A DNA stretch of 64,000 nucleotides, from NCBI GenBank assembly GCA_040218735.1, contig JAVJQW010000017.1:224001-288000 (forward strand), read 5' to 3'. The notes below the pieces were generated by a model. It did no database searches. It was not told where the DNA came from and saw only the letters and a list, made by a program, of their open reading frames with translations. Below are positions 58,145-64,000 of this stretch, in pieces. The DNA is from Deltaproteobacteria bacterium. GTDB lineage: Bacteria; Myxococcota; Kuafuiibacteriia; Kuafuiibacteriales; Kuafuiibacteriaceae. Position 1 is the first letter of the stretch, and the number at the start of each line of letters is the position of its first letter. The translations under genes were made by a program, and so were the position numbers.

Positions 58145-59164
58145 CTACTCCGCGGACGTCAGCGCGCCCCAGATCAAGCCGCTCGCGACGGCGACGCCGC
58201 CGGCGATCATCAAGCCGACGCCCGCGGCCGCTTCCCGACCCGCGCGCCGCTCCGTCGCGACGGCCTCCGGGTACGTGACCGGCGCGAGGTTCGACCCCGG
58301 CGTCGGGTCCAGCGTCCCCGCCGTGCCGTGCGCGACACCGAGCAAGACAGCGCCGGTCGCGACGAGCACCGCACCGCTCGCCGACACCACCCACGGCAGC
58401 ACCGGAGCAGACTCGGACGGCGGCGGCGCCGTCACGACCTCGACGACGACAGGCTGGCTCAAGGGCTCCGTCGCACCGGGCGCCAGGTCGATCGTTCGTT
58501 GGTGGGTGTCACCTTCGCGGCCTGTCCACTGAATGGAATGACGCCCTGGATCCAGCCTCAGCTTCGTCCCTGGATCCGGAAGCCAGCCCAGCGATGCGCC
58601 GTCGACTGTCATGTCGCGCACTCGCTCCGCGCCGATCGCGAGGAAGGCATCACCTTCGCGTTCGAGGTAGGTCGCCGTGTCGATCGTCGTGCGCCGCGCG
58701 ACGGGGAGCTCGACGTTGCGCACCACCACCCCCTTCTCACTGCGAATCGTGAGGACCGCAGGCCCGGGGTGGACACGCTGATCGCCGCCGCGGTCGGAGC
58801 GCGCCGTCGCGATCGTGGCGTCCAGCGCGGAGAGGAACCGAACCGTCGCGCTCTCGAGGCTCGGCTTCAGCTTCATGAGACGCTCCCGATCCTTGGCGCG
58901 CAACGCCTCGGGGCTCCGCTCGTCCGCGATCACGCGGATGAACGCGTCGGCGGCCTCGTCGAAGCGACCGAGCGCCTCGAGCACGACGCCCAGGTTGTTG
59001 AGCAACTCAGGTTGCGGGTCGAGCGCATACGCCTTCTTCGCCGCCGCCAGCGCCTCCTCGTAGCGCTCCGCGGCGAAGGCCTTCGTCGCACGTTCGGCCC
59101 ACGCCTTCGCCTCGGCGGGCGGGGCCGCGATCCCCAACACCAACACGAACACCAGCGGGCCCAC
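58145..59164 (-). CDS. TPR-containing exported protein with C-terminal hydrophobic hairpin
   Basis: Signal peptide; AKKAYALDPQPELLNNLG TPR; PEGA-like middle; two C-terminal hydrophobic segments. Confidence 0.8.
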   Translation of the reverse strand: MGPLVFVLVLGIAAPPAEAKAWAERATKAFAAERYEEALAAAKKAYALDPQPELLNNLGVVLEALGRFDEAADAFIRVIADERSPEALRAKDRERLMKLKPSLESATVRFLSALDATIATARSDRGGDQRVHPGPAVLTIRSEKGVVVRNVELPVARRTTIDTATYLEREGDAFLAIGAERVRDMTVDGASLGWLPDPGTKLRLDPGRHSIQWTGREGDTHQRTIDLAPGATEPLSQPVVVEVVTAPPPSESAPVLPWVVSASGAVLVATGAVLLGVAHGTAGTLDPTPGSNLAPVTYPEAVATERRAGREAAAGVGLMIAGGVAVASGLIWGALTSAE

Positions 59165-59173
59165 GGCGCGCGG

Positions 59174-59183
59174 ATGGTAGCAT
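59174..59183. promoter_or_regulatory. Symmetric bidirectional extended -10 element
   Basis: ATGGTAGCAT reads TGgTAGCAT on + and TGcTACCAT on -, inside a 29-bp divergent gap. Confidence 0.6.
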
Positions 59184-59193
59184 CACGGCCCGC

Positions 59194-60936
59194 GTGGATG
59201 TGCTCGAACCCGGCGCGGTCCTGGCGGACCGTTTCACGATCGAGGCGCCCCTCGGCCGCGGGGTCCTCGGGGAGGTGTACCGCGCCACGCAGCTGGCGAT
59301 GGGGCGCCCCGTCGCGGTGAAGCTCCTGCGCGCGGCGTCGCTCCGCTCGGAGCACGCCCACCGGCGTTTCGAGCAGGAGGCGCACCTGCTCGGGCGCCTC
59401 GCACACCCGAACATCGTGCAGGTCTTCGACTTCGGCATCGACGAGGTGACGCAGCGCCCCTTCATCGCGCTGGAGCTGATCGCGGGGTCGACGCTCCTCG
59501 ACCTGCTCCGCAACCGCGGTCCCGTCCCGGAGGCGCAGGCCGCGCGCATCTGCGAGCAGATCGCGCTCGCGCTCGCGCACGCACACGCGCAGGGCATCGT
59601 GCATCGAGACCTCAAGCCGGCGAACGTCATGCTCTCGGATCTCGCCGACGGGCGCGCGCCGCTCGTGAAGGTGCTCGACTTCGGGCTCGGTAAGCTGCTG
59701 GGCCGCGAGGAGGCGAAGAAGCGCCTCACCACGCCGGGGCAGATGCTCGGGACGCCGAGCTTCGCGAGCCCCGAGCAGGCGCTCGGGGACACCGTCGACG
59801 AACGCAGCGATCTCTACTCGCTCGGGTGCCTCGCGTTTGCGCTCGTCGCGGGGCGGGCGCCGCACGCGGCGGCGGACGTCGCCGAGACGTTGCGCCAGAA
59901 GCGCTCCAGCGAAGCGCCCGCGCTCCCCGCCACGCTGCAGGACGGCGCCCCGCCCTCCGCGGAGCTCGACGACCTGTATCGCCACCTCATGGCACGGCGA
60001 CCTTCGGACCGGCCCGCGCAAGCGCGCGACGTAGCGGCGCGGTTCGCGGAGATCGCGCAGGACGCGGAGCAACGCACCGCCGCGATGCGGTTCCCCGAGG
60101 ACGAAGCGACCGCACGCCCGAGCATCGCGAAGATCGTCGACGGACCGACGGACGTAGCGACCCGCGCGACGCAGATCGTGACGCCGACGGACGAACGCCC
60201 CGCGGAAACGACGGCAGCGACGAAGCTCCCCGACACGGTCCCCGGCGTGGAGCGACCCGACGCCAAGACCGCGCCCCACGAGCTGGATCCTGCGGCGCTC
60301 GCCGACACGACGCCGAGCGCGGATCGCGAAGCCCTGGCCGACACGACGCCGAGCGCGGATCGCGAGGCACTCCCCGACACCGGCGCGGCCCGCGCAGGCC
60401 CTCCTCGCGCCGCCGCCGCGCCGCTCGTCGACCCGGCGGCGTCCCCGCCGACGGAAGCGATCCTCCCGCCCCCCTCGCCCGGCCCGGGGAGTCGGCTCCC
60501 CCTCCTCTTCGCGGGCGCGGCGGCGGTCGTTGCGATCGCCGCGCTGATCGCCGCCAACACTTCGCGGACCACCACGGCGCCACCGCCGGTCACGGCGCCA
60601 CCGCCGGTCACGGCGCCCGGCGCCGCGCCGCGTATCGAGGTCGCGCAACGTCCCTTGCATCGCGTGCGCATCGAGACTTCGCCGTCGGGGGCGCGGGTCA
60701 TGGACGGCAACCTCGACCTCGGGCCGACGCCGCTCGACCTGCAGCTGACCGCCGAGCGGCTCCCGCAGACGCTCCGGCTCGAGCTCGCGGGCCACCACGG
60801 CGCGACGATCGAAGTTCAAGAGGACGGCCCGGCCACGCTGCGAACGACGCTCCGCGCGATCCCACGGCCCGCGAAGGCGGCGCCGAAACACACCCCGCCG
60901 AAGGAGCCACCGGAGGAAGGCTACCCCGTCTGGTGA
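59194..60936 (+). CDS. Ser/Thr protein kinase with TM and C-terminal PEGA domain
   Basis: LGRGVLGEVY, VAVK, HRDLKPAN, DFG and GTPSFASPE motifs; PEGA-like IETSPSGARV...LGPTP. Confidence 0.93.
   Translation: MDVLEPGAVLADRFTIEAPLGRGVLGEVYRATQLAMGRPVAVKLLRAASLRSEHAHRRFEQEAHLLGRLAHPNIVQVFDFGIDEVTQRPFIALELIAGSTLLDLLRNRGPVPEAQAARICEQIALALAHAHAQGIVHRDLKPANVMLSDLADGRAPLVKVLDFGLGKLLGREEAKKRLTTPGQMLGTPSFASPEQALGDTVDERSDLYSLGCLAFALVAGRAPHAAADVAETLRQKRSSEAPALPATLQDGAPPSAELDDLYRHLMARRPSDRPAQARDVAARFAEIAQDAEQRTAAMRFPEDEATARPSIAKIVDGPTDVATRATQIVTPTDERPAETTAATKLPDTVPGVERPDAKTAPHELDPAALADTTPSADREALADTTPSADREALPDTGAARAGPPRAAAAPLVDPAASPPTEAILPPPSPGPGSRLPLLFAGAAAVVAIAALIAANTSRTTTAPPPVTAPPPVTAPGAAPRIEVAQRPLHRVRIETSPSGARVMDGNLDLGPTPLDLQLTAERLPQTLRLELAGHHGATIEVQEDGPATLRTTLRAIPRPAKAAPKHTPPKEPPEEGYPVW
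60295..60381 (+). repeat. 36-bp coding tandem repeat (ALADTTPSADRE x2.4)
   Basis: Units at 60295-60330 and 60331-60366, plus a partial unit at 60367-60381. Confidence 0.9.
60573..60617 (+). repeat. 18-bp coding tandem repeat (TAPPPV x2.5)
   Basis: CACGGCGCCACCGCCGGT occurs exactly twice, plus a half unit. Confidence 0.9.
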
Positions 60937-60937
60937 G

Positions 60938-62440
<1,503 letters not shown>

Positions 62441-62512
62441 GCGCGGGGGGAGCGTACGGCGGACGGTGCGGCCTGTACACCTACGGTCCGACCGCGCAGA
62501 CGCGCCTCGAAG

Positions 62513-63379
62513 TCACTCGATGAGCCCCTCCGCACGCAGGCTCGCGCGCACGCCCTCGCGGTAGGTCGGGTGCGCGAGCGCGCCCATCACCGCGGCGCGC
62601 ACCGTCGAGCGGCAACGCCGCCCTCCCATGCGCATCTCCAACGCGGCCGGCGACAGCTGCTCCTTGGCCTCATCGAGACTCACGACGTCGGGCATCGGAC
62701 GGTCCAGCAGCGCGCACGTGTAGCGGGCGACGTCGAGCGTCGGCGCCGGCTCTTCGTCACACGCGATCGCCAACGACGGGGCGTCGGGGGCGAGCATCCC
62801 GACCAAGAGCGACACCAGATCGTCGACGTGGGTTCGGCTCGTGTGCGGTCCGCCCTCGAACAGAACGAACGAGTCGCGCTCCAACGCGCGCAGCAGCGTG
62901 CGGTGCGGTCCGTAGATCCCGGCGATGCGCACCACGCGCAACGGGAGGCCGGCGTCGGCCAACGCATGCTCGGTGTCGAGCCGACGCTGACCGCGCGCGC
63001 CGAGGGCGCCCGATGGGGTGGCCTCGTCGATCCACGCGTCGCCGTGGTCGCCGAACGCGCCGGTCGTCGACCCGTAGACGAAGGCCCGAACGCGGTCGGT
63101 GCAGCGGTCGGCGATCACCTTCGCCTCCGCTGCGGCGGACCCGTCACGCGCCGGCGGGGCGAGGTGTACGACGGCGTCGACATCGAAGGTCACGTCCCCG
63201 GGTGTGCCGAAATCGAAACACACCGCGTCCGCGCCGCGCGACGACAGCTCCGGGACCTTGGCGGGCGTCGTGGTCGTCGCGAGGACCCGGTGGCCCGCCT
63301 CGACGAGGCGCGTCGTGAGGGCCTGGCCAACGTATCCGGCGCCGAGGACGGCGATCTGGGAGGGCGCTGCATCCTTCAT
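62513..63379 (-). CDS. NAD-dependent epimerase/dehydratase (atypical SDR)
   Basis: IAVLGAGYVG, STTGAFGD, RIAGIYGP, RTHVDD and PTYREG motifs; ATG at 63379. Confidence 0.88.
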   Translation of the reverse strand: MKDAAPSQIAVLGAGYVGQALTTRLVEAGHRVLATTTTPAKVPELSSRGADAVCFDFGTPGDVTFDVDAVVHLAPPARDGSAAAEAKVIADRCTDRVRAFVYGSTTGAFGDHGDAWIDEATPSGALGARGQRRLDTEHALADAGLPLRVVRIAGIYGPHRTLLRALERDSFVLFEGGPHTSRTHVDDLVSLLVGMLAPDAPSLAIACDEEPAPTLDVARYTCALLDRPMPDVVSLDEAKEQLSPAALEMRMGGRRCRSTVRAAVMGALAHPTYREGVRASLRAEGLIE

Positions 63380-63406
63380 TGGCGCGGTCGACTCTACTCG
63401 ACTACC

Positions 63407-64000
63407 ATGGGTCGCGCATTGCCGAAGGTGATCAAGCGGGCCTCCCAGGCCCCCGAACCGAGCCGCCCGCAGGCGCCGCAGATGAAGAAGCGGCGCGTGA
63501 TCGAGCGCGAGCTCGTCGACGCGACCAAGGAGGCCACGCGCATCCGACGCGAGGCCGAGGACGCGGCCCAGCGCATCCTCGAAGAGGCCGAAGAGCAGGC
63601 CGTCGAGACGCGCCAGCACGGGTTCGAAGAGGGCAAACAAGAAGGCCTCGCGCAGTACACCCAGCAGGTCGCGCAAGCGCTCTTGCGGGTGAAGAAGGTC
63701 GAGGACGGCCTCGAGGCGAGCTACGTCGGGCTCGTGACGGAGTGCGTCGAGAAGATCATCGGTGAGGCCGTCAAGATCGACTCGAACGTCATCGTCGGGG
63801 TCGTGCGGCGCGCCCTGCTCGACGCGCGGCAGCAGCGCGAGATCATCGTGCGCGTGCACCCGACCGACAAAGCGGCGCTCGAGCAGAACAAGAACAAACT
63901 CCTGGAGATCCTCGCGCGTGCGAACGCCGTAGAGATCCGTGAGGACGCCTCGGTCACGCGCGGCGGCTGCATGATCATGACGGAGCTCGGTGCGATCGAC
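63407..64000 (+). CDS. sctL: Type III secretion stator SctL/FliH family protein (3' end runs off window)
   Basis: Hand-translated: MGRALPKVIK...GFEEGKQEGLA...VEKIIG...IIVRVHPTD...IREDASVTRGGCMIMTELGAID, the FliH/YscL signature. Confidence 0.88.
   Translation, partial: MGRALPKVIKRASQAPEPSRPQAPQMKKRRVIERELVDATKEATRIRREAEDAAQRILEEAEEQAVETRQHGFEEGKQEGLAQYTQQVAQALLRVKKVEDGLEASYVGLVTECVEKIIGEAVKIDSNVIVGVVRRALLDARQQREIIVRVHPTDKAALEQNKNKLLEILARANAVEIREDASVTRGGCMIMTELGAID

Overview
Gene-dense, very GC-rich bacterial chromosomal segment with hallmarks of Myxococcota: four Hanks-type Ser/Thr kinases, PEGA/TPR proteins, an FHA-like sigma54 activator, a MYXO-CTERM-tailed hydrolase, many lipoproteins and an SctL/FliH gene. 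The left end carries housekeeping genes (spmAB-like, sucC-sucD, pyrB and a catalytically degenerate pyrC'). The rest is mostly accessory: a 1135-aa DUF4781-like/HExxH metallopeptidase coupled to a 76-aa partner (toxin-immunity-like); a TonB receptor divergent from a kinase-PEGA-binding-protein operon; an M3 peptidase; a GDSL hydrolase; AraC/VOC and ArsR/methyltransferase pairs; an FN3-repeat metalloprotease; a GH13 amylase with a dockerin-like tail coupled to a cohesin-like lipoprotein; a PHP-type lipoprotein operon; and a TetR-TolC-MFP-RND efflux operon. Non-coding signals include palindromic ArsR and TetR operators, a rho-independent terminator, many apparently leaderless -10 promoters and a symmetric bidirectional promoter. 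I saw no rRNA, tRNA, CRISPR array or transposase. All family calls come from reading motifs by eye; no database search was run.
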